Numbered from the stretch's first letter, positions 28,215 through 38,025 are shown. The stretch: DNA of 64,000 bases from Candidatus Latescibacterota bacterium (GCA_965200315.1 OZ241362.1:5280001-5344000); one strand, 5' to 3'. Notes: generated from the letters alone by a model not told the origin. A program made the numbers and translations.

Positions 28215-29387
28215 ATGAAAAACGCGCCTTTGATGTCCCTTGCAGAGATTTCCGAGTCAGTCCAATACGGATACACAGCCTCGGCATCCGACACAGAGGT
28301 AGGACCAAAGTTTCTGCGTATCACCGACATAGTGCCACCTCAGATCGACTGGTATAAGGTCCCTTATTGTGAGATCGATGAAGTAAATCTCAACAAATTT
28401 TCTCTTGTACCTGGAGACATTGTTATAGCTCGTACTGGAGCAACAGTAGGACATGCCAAGCTAATTCGGAGCAATGAAACATCTGTGTTTGCATCATATC
28501 TTGTAAGAATTCGAGTTGACCGTGATAAAGCAGATCCTGGTTATGTTGGCCGGATTGTCGAATCAGATACATACAAAAAATTTGTTCTTTCTCATGTAGG
28601 AGGCGCGGCCCAGCCAAACGCAAACGCAAGAGTGCTTTCGTCCTTTATGCTACCGATTCCCCCAAAATCTGCACAGACCCACATCGCCTCCATCCTTTCT
28701 GTCTACGACGACCTGATTGAGAACAATCGGCGGCGGATTCAGTTGCTGGAGCAGGCGGCGCGGCTGCTCTACAAGGAGTGGTTTGTCCACCTCCGCTTCC
28801 CCGGCCATGAGCACGTTAAGATCAAGGATGGTGTGCCGGAGGGATGGGAGAAGAAGCCGCTGAGTGAGGTTGCTCTGCTAAATTATGGGAGGTCTCTCAA
28901 GAAGGATGATAGGCTTCCCGGTAGCGTTCCGGTCTATGGATCAAGCGGCATTGTAGGAACTCACAATCAGGCTACGGTCAATGGCCCAACGATAATTATT
29001 GGACGCAAAGGTAACGTTGGTAGTGTTTACTGGTCATCGGAAGACTGCGTCCCGATAGATACAGTGTATTACGTCCAGAGCGAAAGCTGTTCTTTACGTC
29101 TGTATTATGCACTGAGGACTTTGCCATTTATTAGCACAGACGTTGCGGTCCCCGGATTGAACCGCGATTTTGCTCACAGCCGCCTGATCTTGACGCCATC
29201 ATCGTCGTACCATCGCCTTTTCGAGAACACGGTCGGCCCTTTCCATCAGCAAATCGCCATCTTACGTCGGCAAAATGCCAAGCTCGAAAGAGCACTCGAC
29301 CTACTCCTACCACGACTGATGAGTGGGGAGGTTTGGGGCAAAAAGCTGTGTCCGGCCAGCTCAACAAGGTTATCCGCGCCTTGCTGA
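28215..29387 (+). CDS. hsdS: Type I R-M specificity subunit
   Basis: Two TRDs, central ILSVYDDLIENNRRRIQLLEQAA..LYKEWF and PEGW, C-terminal LLLPRLMSGE. Confidence 0.93.
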   Translation: MKNAPLMSLAEISESVQYGYTASASDTEVGPKFLRITDIVPPQIDWYKVPYCEIDEVNLNKFSLVPGDIVIARTGATVGHAKLIRSNETSVFASYLVRIRVDRDKADPGYVGRIVESDTYKKFVLSHVGGAAQPNANARVLSSFMLPIPPKSAQTHIASILSVYDDLIENNRRRIQLLEQAARLLYKEWFVHLRFPGHEHVKIKDGVPEGWEKKPLSEVALLNYGRSLKKDDRLPGSVPVYGSSGIVGTHNQATVNGPTIIIGRKGNVGSVYWSSEDCVPIDTVYYVQSESCSLRLYYALRTLPFISTDVAVPGLNRDFAHSRLILTPSSSYHRLFENTVGPFHQQIAILRRQNAKLERALDLLLPRLMSGEVWGKKLCPASSTRLSAPC

Positions 29388-29500
29388 GCGATGGAGCTAT
29401 CGAATACACGATTCCAGAAAAGCCGAATAGTCGTCTTCAGCAGTATCGGTTGACAGACAAGGGCCAAGCGTTGCGAGATCGCTTGACGCAGACCCAATAA
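29333..29500 (+). pseudogene. C-terminal wHTH remnant of a Fic/RecG-like regulator gene
   Basis: Alternate frame reads LGQKAVSGQLNKVIRALLSDGAIEYTIPEKPNSRLQQYRLTDKG...*. The TIPxKPxSRxQxYRLT motif is characteristic of Fic-like C-terminal wHTH domains. Confidence 0.75.
29452..29479 (+). repeat. 28-bp direct repeat, left copy
   Basis: GACAGACAAGGGCCAAGCGTTGCGAGAT, 27 of 28 identical to 31437-31464. Confidence 0.9.
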
Positions 29501-29568
29501 ACCAATGCTTACGCGCTTGGTGAATTGGAAAACGGCAGTCTAAGGCTTGACGTCGAGGCTTTGATACT

Positions 29569-30459
29569 ATGGCAGACCCGTATCGCATCGTTGAAGTGAA
29601 ACCGGAATGGGTTATTGATTGGGAAGATATGGGAACCAAGACAAAGTTCTGGTATCGTGACCCTGATGACGATGCAAACTGGCTCTTCAAGTATCCCCGG
29701 CCAAATACAGGGGAACACTGGGCGGAGAAAATTGCCGCAGAAGTTGCGTCTGTACTCGGAATCAGACACGCGAAGGTGGAATTGGCACAGTTTGAAGGTG
29801 ATTATGGTTCGGTAACAGAATCGTTTGCTCGTAGCGGTAGAGCACTATACCATGGCAACCAAATGCTGAAATGGATCGTTAGCGGCTACGAGCCTAAGAG
29901 AAGATTCCGCCAATCACAGCATACACTGGCGAATATATTTGAAGGAATGGACCGTGTTTTTATTAGACCTGAAGCCGCGATTCGAGCAAAAAGCACCATT
30001 GCAAGCTATATAGTTTTGGACTCTTTGATTGGCAACACGGATCGTCATCATGAGAACTGGGGATTGCTTTTCCGACGCGAGGGTGATGGTAAGAAGGGTT
30101 TTGTGGCACCGTCTTTCGATCACGCATCTTCGCTAGGACGAGAACTACCCGACGAACGCCGCGATAGATTCTTAAAGGGAAATGGCGTAGGTGGTTATGC
30201 GGAAAAAGGACGCGGTGCGATTTATTGGTCTGAAGAAGAGCGGCGGGCCCCCAGTCCTCTGGAACTGGTACGGCGGGCGGTCCGCGATTATTCAGATTTT
30301 TTCCGTCCAGTACTCCTGAAACTCGCAGAGATAGACGAGAGCATTTTTTCTAAGATCGTCAGGAGAATCCCCCCTGATTGGATGACTTCTTCGGCGCGTG
30401 AATTCGCGGTTAAACTATTATGCTATAATTATAGACAGTTAAAGGAGATTTTTCGATGA
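29569..30459 (+). CDS. HipA-like Ser/Thr kinase (core kinase only)
   Basis: GTKTKFW, WLFKYPR, EKIAAE, IGNTDRHHENWG and APSFDHASSLG motifs. Confidence 0.88.
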   Translation: MADPYRIVEVKPEWVIDWEDMGTKTKFWYRDPDDDANWLFKYPRPNTGEHWAEKIAAEVASVLGIRHAKVELAQFEGDYGSVTESFARSGRALYHGNQMLKWIVSGYEPKRRFRQSQHTLANIFEGMDRVFIRPEAAIRAKSTIASYIVLDSLIGNTDRHHENWGLLFRREGDGKKGFVAPSFDHASSLGRELPDERRDRFLKGNGVGGYAEKGRGAIYWSEEERRAPSPLELVRRAVRDYSDFFRPVLLKLAEIDESIFSKIVRRIPPDWMTSSAREFAVKLLCYNYRQLKEIFR

Positions 30460-31247
30460 GCATGAAAACCTTGTTTTTAGCATGGCAGGACAAAAGAACG
30501 GAAGGCCGACCATGGTTTCCAGTGGGTAGGCTGGATATCGTCGAGCCGGAGCTTTATCGCTTCCGCTACATCGTCGGTGCGCAACTAGCTGGGTATATTC
30601 CATTCATTGATTTCCCCGAGTTATATGGAGATTACCGTTCCTCAGAGTTATTCCCGTTGTTCAGGAATCGCGTCATTGCACAGGGAAGGCCGGACCGCAT
30701 GGACTACCTGAGCAATCTCGATCTCCCAGAGGATGCGACTCCTTTCGAGATTCTATCGGTTAATGGTGGCACTCGCGTCACGGACGCCTACGAAGTATTC
30801 CCGAAGCTCGAAAAGGACTCCGACGGCTATTTCACCTGTCGATTCTTCCTGCACAGTTGGCGACGTGCAAGTAAAGAGGCCCAAGAGCGGATTGACTATC
30901 TGAAGCCAGAAGAGGAGCTATACGTAACCCTCGAATTGACCAATCCAGCAACCAAACTGGCAGTCCAAATCCAGACGACGGACTACTATATGATCGGCTG
31001 GACACCGCGCTATCTCGTAAACGATCTGGCCATGGCGATGACTGAAGGTCCCAATGACTACACCGCGCAAGTAGTGCGTGTTAATCCTATGCCGGCACCG
31101 TCAAGCCAGCGCGTTTTGATTGAAATGCGTGGCCGCTGGAATAAGCACAAGCCGATGAGCGGCAAGGAGTTCCAGCCTTTAGTATCCTCCCACATCGCGG
31201 TTGATCCAAATGTCGATGATCCAAGACATTATCAAGTTGCTTTGTAA
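30456..31247 (+). CDS. HipS-like/HIRAN domain protein
   Basis: LAWQD..WFPVGRL and LFPLFRNRV...RPD (HipS-like); FFLH...LELTNP...IGWTPRYL (HIRAN-like); ATGA overlap with the kinase. Confidence 0.78.
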   Translation: MSMKTLFLAWQDKRTEGRPWFPVGRLDIVEPELYRFRYIVGAQLAGYIPFIDFPELYGDYRSSELFPLFRNRVIAQGRPDRMDYLSNLDLPEDATPFEILSVNGGTRVTDAYEVFPKLEKDSDGYFTCRFFLHSWRRASKEAQERIDYLKPEEELYVTLELTNPATKLAVQIQTTDYYMIGWTPRYLVNDLAMAMTEGPNDYTAQVVRVNPMPAPSSQRVLIEMRGRWNKHKPMSGKEFQPLVSSHIAVDPNVDDPRHYQVAL

Positions 31248-31325
31248 TTCATAGATCGTCTCGGATAGCGATTGACACCTCGGTGTGGATTGAGCATAAG
31301 GCATGCGTGTCCGACAACCCTACAT

Positions 31326-31400
31326 GTTACCGCACAAGTCACCGCACAAGTTACACCCAAAGTTACGGCCAGAGTTACGGTCAGAGTCACGGCCAGAGTC
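31326..31400 (+). repeat. 12-bp tandem repeat (6 units)
   Basis: GTTACCGCACAA GTCACCGCACAA GTTACACCCAAA GTTACGGCCAGA GTTACGGTCAGA GTCACGGCCAGA, encoding VTAQVTAQVTPKVTARVTVRVTAR. Confidence 0.85.
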
Positions 31401-31436
31401 GTGTGCTTATTCAGTCGTTAAAAGGCTCATGACGAA

Positions 31437-31464
31437 GACAGACAAGGACCAAGCGTTGCGAGAT
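31437..31464 (+). repeat. 28-bp direct repeat, right copy
   Basis: GACAGACAAGGACCAAGCGTTGCGAGAT. Confidence 0.9.
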
Positions 31465-31480
31465 TCTTGACCCACACCCT

Positions 31481-34400
31481 ATGCCCCCCGCGCCCTACAC
31501 CGAAGACACCCTCGTCCAGCAGACCACCGCCGATTACTTAAAGCAACCGCTCGGCTGGGAATCCATCTACGCCCATAACGCCGAGGACTTCGGCCCGAAT
31601 AGCCTGCTGGGCCGCGCCTCCGACCGCGAAGTAGTGCTGACTCGCTATCTGTTCGCCGCGCTGCGCTCGCTAAATCCGGATCTGCCGGCCGCCGCTTATG
31701 ACGACGCCGTCCGGCAGATTACCGCTACCGTCGCTTCGCAGACCCTCGTCGCCGCCAACCGCGAGCAGTACGACCTGCTGCGTGACGGTGTGCTGGTCAC
31801 CTTCCACAACGCCAAGGGCGATCGGATGCGGCAGCGGCTGAAGGTCTTTGACTTCGAGACGCCAGAGAACAACCACTTCCTCTGCGTACGCGAACTGTGG
31901 GTGCGCGGCGATCTCTATCGTCGGCGAGCCGACATCGTGGGTTTCGTCAACGGTTTGCCCTTGTTGTTCGTCGAGTGCAAGAACATCCACCGCAATCTCA
32001 AGGCCGCTTTCGAGCAAAACTTCTCGGATTACAAGACCACTATCCCTCATCTCTTCCACCACAACGCGATAGTGATGTTCGGCAATGGCGAACAGGCCAA
32101 GATCGGCTCCATCACCAGCCGATGGGAGCACTTTCACGAGTGGAAGCGGCTGGTGGAAGAGGAGCCGGGCGTCGTGGATATGGAGACGCTGCTCAAGGGC
32201 GTCTGCGACAAGAGCAACTTCATGGATCTCGTGGAGAACTTCATCCTCTTCGACGAGTCGTTCGGCGAAACGAGGAAAATCCTTGCCCGCAACCACCAGT
32301 TTTTGGGCGTGAACCGCGCCATTGATGCCGTGCGCAAGCGCAAAGCGCGAGATGGCAAACTCGGCGTCTTCTGGCACACGCAGGGCGCGGGCAAGAGCTA
32401 CTCCATGGTGATGTTTACCCGCAAGGTACACCGCAAGCTAGGCGGCAATTTCACTTTTCTGGTGCTGACCGACCGCGACGACCTCGACAGCCAAATCTAC
32501 AAGACCTTTGCCGGCTGCGACGTGGTGAATCACGACCGCGACCCCTGCCGAGCGTCTGACGGACGACATCTAAGCCAGCTCTTGGCCGAGCACAAGGCAT
32601 ACGTCTTTTCGCTGATCCAGAAGTTCAACGAGAACCCCAGCGTGGCGTACACTCAGCGCGACGACATCATCGTCATCACCGACGAAGCGCACCGTACGCA
32701 GTACGGCACGCTAGCAATCAACATGCGCAAAGCCCTGCCCAACGCCAGCTATATCGGCTTCACCGGTACGCCGCTGTTCAAGGACGACGAACTCACGCGG
32801 CGGGTCTTTGGCGAGTACGTCTCCACCTACGACTTCCAGCGCGCCGTAGAAGACGAGGCCACTGTACCGCTTTACTACGACGCCCGCGGCGACAAACTGA
32901 ACGTGGCCGTCGGCGACCTGAACGAGCGCATCGCCGCGAGGTTAGAGGAATTTGAAATCGACGATATCGACGTGCAGCAGCGCTTGGAGCAGGCACTGGC
33001 TCAAGACTACCACGTCATCACCGCTGACCAGCGACTTGATCAGATTGCGCGGGATTTTGTGCGGCATTATTCGACCGCTTGGGAGACCGGCAAGGCTATG
33101 TTGGTCTGCATCGACAAGATCACCTGTGTGCGGATGCACCGGCTGATTGAGTTCTATTGGAACGAGTACGCCAATGAACTGGAAGCGGGGCTTGTGCGAA
33201 CGAAGGACGAACAGACCGAAAAGCAGATCGCGTGGATGCGCGAGACGCGCATGGCCGTTGTGGTGAGCGAGGAACAGGGCGAGGTGGAGAAGTTTGACAA
33301 GTGGGACTTGGACATTATACCGCACCGCCGACTCATCAAGGAGGGCATGGAACTACCCGCGTCCATACGCGACAAGCCAGCGTTCCGCAACAAGCAGCGG
33401 ATGGATTTGGACGATGCCTTCAAGGAGCCAGAGCATCCGTTCCGCATCGCCATTGTCTGCGCCATGTGGCTGACCGGCTTTGACGTGCCTTGCCTCTCCA
33501 CGCTCTACCTCGACAAACCGCTCAAGGCGCACACCCTGATGCAGGCCATTGCCCGCGCCAACCGAGTAAACGAGGGCAAGAACAACGGGCTGCTTGTGGA
33601 TTACTGCGGCATCCTCAAGCACCTACGCCAAGCACTGGCGACATTTGCCGGTGCGGAACCGAGCGGTGAAGGCCACGCAAGTGACCCCGCCAAGCCGGAA
33701 GAGGACCTACTTGCCGATTTGGCCGAGGTGATTGCGTTGGTGCGCGATTTTCTCGCTAAGGGCGGTGCGCCGCTCGACAACGTCATCGTCCAAACTGGCT
33801 TCGCGCGCAACGCCGCTATTGTCTCTTGTAAGGAGGTAGCCAACGAGAACGACGAGACCCGCCAGCGCTTTGGGGTGATGTGCCGCGAGGTGTTCAGGAA
33901 GTTCAAGGCGTGCATCAACTCCCCCGGCGTCAACGACCACCGCACGGACCGGGACGCCATTGATATCATTTATAAGAGTCTGCAACGGGACCGGGAGCAG
34001 GCCGACATCAGCGACATCCTCCGTGCGCTGCACGAGGTGGCGAGTGAAGCGGTCTTGGTGCAGCCGAGTACGGCGACTGAGCAGCCTCTCTACGACATCA
34101 GCCGCATTGACTTCGAGCGGCTCAAGCAGGAGTTCAAGCGCAGGACTGTTCATCAGCGCACCGACGTGCAGCGACTCAAGAGTTCCGTGGAGGAGAAGCT
34201 CCAGCGCATGTTGGAAAGGAACCCGCTGCGCACGGATTTCCAGCGGTGCTACGAGGATATCGTCGCGGCCTACAACCGCGAGAAGGATCGGCCTACCATT
34301 GAACAGACTTTTGAGGAGTTGCTCGACTTGGTTCAGGAAATGGATCAGGAGGAAAGCCGGGCGGCCCGCGAGGGTTTGGACGAAGAATCGCTGGCAATCT

Positions 34401-34702
34401 TCGACCTGTTGAGGAAACCGAACCTGAGCGCACCGGAGCGCGAGCGGATTAAGCAAGTGGCGGTCGAACTTCTGAAAACGCTGAAGGTCGGGAAGCTCCG
34501 CGTGAATCAATGGCGTGACAAGGAGGCGACCCGAGATGCCGTCCGTGTTGCGATTCACGATTTCCTCTGGAGCGACGAGACCGGCTTGCCGTCAGACGAC
34601 TACTCGGAAACCGAAGTTGGAACCAAGGCGAAAGACGTATTCCGGCACGTGTTCCGCGTCTATCCAACAGTACCGTCGCCGTATTGCGAAAACGCGGCGT
34701 GA
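31481..34702 (+). CDS. hsdR: Type I R-M restriction subunit
   Basis: RADIVGFVNGLPL..VECK nuclease motif; HTQGAGKS, DEAHR, GFTGTP, MWLTGFD and QAIARANR helicase motifs. Confidence 0.95.
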   Translation: MPPAPYTEDTLVQQTTADYLKQPLGWESIYAHNAEDFGPNSLLGRASDREVVLTRYLFAALRSLNPDLPAAAYDDAVRQITATVASQTLVAANREQYDLLRDGVLVTFHNAKGDRMRQRLKVFDFETPENNHFLCVRELWVRGDLYRRRADIVGFVNGLPLLFVECKNIHRNLKAAFEQNFSDYKTTIPHLFHHNAIVMFGNGEQAKIGSITSRWEHFHEWKRLVEEEPGVVDMETLLKGVCDKSNFMDLVENFILFDESFGETRKILARNHQFLGVNRAIDAVRKRKARDGKLGVFWHTQGAGKSYSMVMFTRKVHRKLGGNFTFLVLTDRDDLDSQIYKTFAGCDVVNHDRDPCRASDGRHLSQLLAEHKAYVFSLIQKFNENPSVAYTQRDDIIVITDEAHRTQYGTLAINMRKALPNASYIGFTGTPLFKDDELTRRVFGEYVSTYDFQRAVEDEATVPLYYDARGDKLNVAVGDLNERIAARLEEFEIDDIDVQQRLEQALAQDYHVITADQRLDQIARDFVRHYSTAWETGKAMLVCIDKITCVRMHRLIEFYWNEYANELEAGLVRTKDEQTEKQIAWMRETRMAVVVSEEQGEVEKFDKWDLDIIPHRRLIKEGMELPASIRDKPAFRNKQRMDLDDAFKEPEHPFRIAIVCAMWLTGFDVPCLSTLYLDKPLKAHTLMQAIARANRVNEGKNNGLLVDYCGILKHLRQALATFAGAEPSGEGHASDPAKPEEDLLADLAEVIALVRDFLAKGGAPLDNVIVQTGFARNAAIVSCKEVANENDETRQRFGVMCREVFRKFKACINSPGVNDHRTDRDAIDIIYKSLQRDREQADISDILRALHEVASEAVLVQPSTATEQPLYDISRIDFERLKQEFKRRTVHQRTDVQRLKSSVEEKLQRMLERNPLRTDFQRCYEDIVAAYNREKDRPTIEQTFEELLDLVQEMDQEESRAAREGLDEESLAIFDLLRKPNLSAPERERIKQVAVELLKTLKVGKLRVNQWRDKEATRDAVRVAIHDFLWSDETGLPSDDYSETEVGTKAKDVFRHVFRVYPTVPSPYCENAA

Positions 34703-34856
34703 AGTAACGGGGGCTTGAGCAATTTCTGTGGTTGTCCGATCTACGGGGCTGTATATTACCATCGTTTCCATTGTGCGCCGAGAAAGGAGGGACTTTAACA
34801 AGGGCGTACGGCATGCTTTTTGTCGAGCTGTTTCACTCTAAAACGAGGAAAATTAC

Positions 34857-35786
34857 ATGAGAACGCATGCACAGATGATTTTAGGAGGAGCCTTAGTGTT
34901 CCTCGTCAACGCGATTGCTTGGGGGCATGTGGGGACCGAGTATTTTTATCCGCAGGTGCCCGCCCCAGCTTCTATGGTCATGGATGGCAATGACGACGAC
35001 TGGGGCTGGCTCGACCAAGAGGAATTTGCCATCACCACGGATCAGATGTTTGGCCAGCAGGGCGAAGAGATTGCGCGCGAGGATTTCAACGCGGCCTTCT
35101 GGATGGCGTGGAGTGCGCCGCCGGACAATCGGTTCTACTTCTATGCTGTGGTGGCCGACGACACGCTCAAGATGCTCGAATCCGATCAGAAGCGCTGGTG
35201 GTCGGATGATATCATCCAGATCACGTTTGATGCCGATCACTCGGGCGGCGACTTCTTAGGCGAAAACTTGGACCACGTGTTTAATGGCCAGCGCTACCAT
35301 CTCCGCATCAATCCGGGGCCGGGTCAGCCGGTTGCTTACAACAGCCAGCTCGAATACATCGACCTGCCAGAGATCGGCTGGAGTTCGGATATATACAACG
35401 GCGAGCCAACGCCTTGGTTTGAAGTGGGCTGGACCCTGCTGCCGTCGGGGGCCGGGCACGGATCGACCAATGTCACGTGGACCATGGAGTTCCGCTGCGC
35501 TCTGTGGGATACCTATGCAACGACGCCCGAGGAGAGCGTGCGCCACGTGTTTGAGGAAGATCAGGTAATACACGTCGGCCCCAAGTTCAACGACCGCGAG
35601 CCAGTGGCCTCGGATGAAGCATCGCCGTTCCGGCACAATGTGCTGGTCTTGGGAGCGGCCGCCGCGCAAGATCAAAAGGGCGATCAGATGCTCGATTGGA
35701 TCGGCTTAGGGACCGACGAGCCGACGGCCGTGGAAGACGTCTCGTGGGGGCGGATTAAGAGCCATTTGCAAGGCCAGTTGGATTGA
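34857..35786 (+). CDS. Exported CBM9/DOMON-like sugar-binding protein with SWGRIK tail
   Basis: Signal peptide; DGNDDDW, AW..NRFYFY..V.DD, D.IQI.FDAD; C-terminal TAVEDVSWGRIKS. Confidence 0.7.
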   Translation: MRTHAQMILGGALVFLVNAIAWGHVGTEYFYPQVPAPASMVMDGNDDDWGWLDQEEFAITTDQMFGQQGEEIAREDFNAAFWMAWSAPPDNRFYFYAVVADDTLKMLESDQKRWWSDDIIQITFDADHSGGDFLGENLDHVFNGQRYHLRINPGPGQPVAYNSQLEYIDLPEIGWSSDIYNGEPTPWFEVGWTLLPSGAGHGSTNVTWTMEFRCALWDTYATTPEESVRHVFEEDQVIHVGPKFNDREPVASDEASPFRHNVLVLGAAAAQDQKGDQMLDWIGLGTDEPTAVEDVSWGRIKSHLQGQLD

Positions 35787-35814
35787 AGTGTGAAAACTGT
35801 AACCTGTTAACACG

Positions 35815-35850
35815 AGCGGTGTCGGAAGGAACATGCCGACACCGCTTTGC
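35815..35850 (+). terminator. Stem-loop terminator
   Basis: AGCGGTGTCGG-10 nt-CCGACACCGCT followed by TTGC. Confidence 0.65.
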
Positions 35851-35898
35851 TGTTTGGCACTCCTTTAGGACTCGCTGCAAGGGCCGTGGTGCGTTCTA

Positions 35899-37530
35899 AT
35901 GAACATTTCCGCGCTCGATAGTGCGATCATTGTAGCCTACCTGCTCGTGGTCGTCGCCATAGCGGTTGTGACGAGCCGCCGCGTCCGCAGCACGAGCGAC
36001 TTTTTCCTCGCTGGACGCAGTATGCGCTGGCCCTTTGTCGGCGCATCCATGTTTGCCACCAATATTTCCGCCGAGCAGTTCGTCGGCCAAGCGGGCTTGG
36101 CCTTTGTCGTCGGCTTGGCGGTGGCCAATTACCAACTGGCCGGGGTGTTGGCCTTCGTGGCAATGGGAGCGGTTTTCCTGCCCATATACATGCGGCTGGG
36201 TCTCTATACCACGCCGGAGTTTTTGGAGCGGCGCTACGGGCCGGAGAGCCGCCGCTTCTTTTCTTTAATCACCTTGGTGAGTATCACCTTTGCCGGCATC
36301 CCCGGCTCCCTGTACGCCGGTGGGCGCGTGATGGAGGTGCTGTTCGGGTTTGAGTCGATTGTGCCGGGGGTGCTGATCTTGGCGCTGGCGGCCGGCCCAT
36401 ACGCTATGGCGGGCGGTTTGCGCACCGTCATCTTGACGGATTTTATCCAGTGCTTACTACTGGTTGTCGGGGGCGTGGCCATGCTTTGGATGGGCTTGGG
36501 CTATCTGGGGGGCTGGGGCGTCTTTGAGACGCGGATGCAGGAGCTACAAGGGGCGGGCGATTGGGACATGATGGCGCTGATACAGCCGCTTGACCATCCC
36601 AACGTACCTTGGACGGGTGTGGTGTTGGGTCTGACGATACATGCCTTGGCCTTTGGGGCGACTAGCCACGTCATGGTGCAGCGCGCCTTGGCCGCCCGCA
36701 GCGTCCACGAGGCGCGGATGGGTGGACTGCTCGCTGGGCTATTGAAGGTGGTGGCGGTCTTTATCATTCTGATTCCCGGGCTGATGGGCTACGTCATGGC
36801 GCAGGGGGCGCAGCCGCTGATCGAAGTCGCCAGCCCGGATCAGCTCTATCCGGCGATGGTGCAAACCCTGCTGCCGGTCGGCTTGGTGGGCTTGGTCTTG
36901 GCCGGGTTGATCGCGGCGTTGATGAGTTCGCTAGACTCGGAAATCTGCGCGGCCTCGGGCCTGTTTGCCATGGATTGGTATCAGCCCTATCGGCCCGCGG
37001 CGACTCAGCGACGCTTGGTATGGGCGGGGCGCATCCTAGCAGCTGTTGTAGTTGTCATCGGGGTGTTCTGGGCGATTGTGGTCATTCCGCAGTTCCGCTT
37101 TCTCTACGAATATCTGGCCAAGTTTGCCTCTTACATACCAGGTACTATTGTGGCGTGTTTCCTGTGGGGCATGGTGTCGAAGCGGCCTACGCGCAAAGGG
37201 GCTTTTGCGACCCTGATCGCTGGTTCCATCTTTGGCATTTTCCTGTGGCTGGTCAACGACTCGGCGGTGCTCAACCGGCTGGTCTGCGGAGAAGAGGGCT
37301 TGGGGCTGGCCTTCTTGGAAATGCACTTCCTACACGCGGCCTTCGTCATTTTTGCCGTGGCGAGTGTGCTGCTTTTCGGTTTTAGCTTTGCGTTTGGCGA
37401 TGAGGAACCGGTGCTCTTGGAACAAGGCGACGAGACCCTGATGCCGACCCGGAAACAGGATCGGGTCTATTGGCTGACAGCGGTGGGATTGCTGTTGGTG
37501 TACGGCGCGGTGTATTGGTGTTTCTTTTAG
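35899..37530 (+). CDS. Sodium:solute symporter (SSS/SLC5 family)
   Basis: FFLAGRSM, SMFATNISAEQFVG, QRALAA and LIAALMSSLDS motifs; many TM segments. Confidence 0.93.
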   Translation: MNISALDSAIIVAYLLVVVAIAVVTSRRVRSTSDFFLAGRSMRWPFVGASMFATNISAEQFVGQAGLAFVVGLAVANYQLAGVLAFVAMGAVFLPIYMRLGLYTTPEFLERRYGPESRRFFSLITLVSITFAGIPGSLYAGGRVMEVLFGFESIVPGVLILALAAGPYAMAGGLRTVILTDFIQCLLLVVGGVAMLWMGLGYLGGWGVFETRMQELQGAGDWDMMALIQPLDHPNVPWTGVVLGLTIHALAFGATSHVMVQRALAARSVHEARMGGLLAGLLKVVAVFIILIPGLMGYVMAQGAQPLIEVASPDQLYPAMVQTLLPVGLVGLVLAGLIAALMSSLDSEICAASGLFAMDWYQPYRPAATQRRLVWAGRILAAVVVVIGVFWAIVVIPQFRFLYEYLAKFASYIPGTIVACFLWGMVSKRPTRKGAFATLIAGSIFGIFLWLVNDSAVLNRLVCGEEGLGLAFLEMHFLHAAFVIFAVASVLLFGFSFAFGDEEPVLLEQGDETLMPTRKQDRVYWLTAVGLLLVYGAVYWCFF

Positions 37531-37623
37531 GATAGTGCCCCAAGCAGCCATGCTGGTGCTGGTGGAGCTAATTAAAATGGCAGCCCCACCGGCAGGATAT
37601 GCAAACAATTCTACAAAATCAGT

Positions 37624-37872
37624 CTAACCCACGAGCAGGGCCCATTCGGGATGGTGGATCTGCGAGCCAAAGGAATAGCGTGCAAAGCCCCGGTTGGCTT
37701 GCTCCAGCGGAATGGCGGCGGTCTGCTCGGCAACGACGCGGTATGCACCTTGCTTGAGACAGGCAAATTGTTCGGTCGTCAGCGCGTCGGGGACAACGGC
37801 AAAGCCGTCGCGGTGAAAGAGGGCCGCGGCGCGGTCAATGGCGTCCGGTGCAATCGGTTCGAGGGTGAGCAT
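37624..37872 (-). pseudogene. 5' fragment of a PhyH-family dioxygenase
   Basis: FHRDGFAVVPDALT is a PhyH-type N-terminus; the ORF stops after 82 aa, before the HxD motif. GGAGG RBS present. Confidence 0.65.
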
Positions 37873-38025
37873 AGGGCCTCCGAGGTTGTGAGGTGCAGGT
37901 AAATCTACGCTAAGGTAGGGTTGCCGTCGTTTGAACGCTGGCCGGCTGAGTTGGACCCCTACAAGAGGTGCCCCGACCGGTTCCGCAAAGATGCGTAACG
38001 TCAGTATTCACAAAAGGAGCAATCT

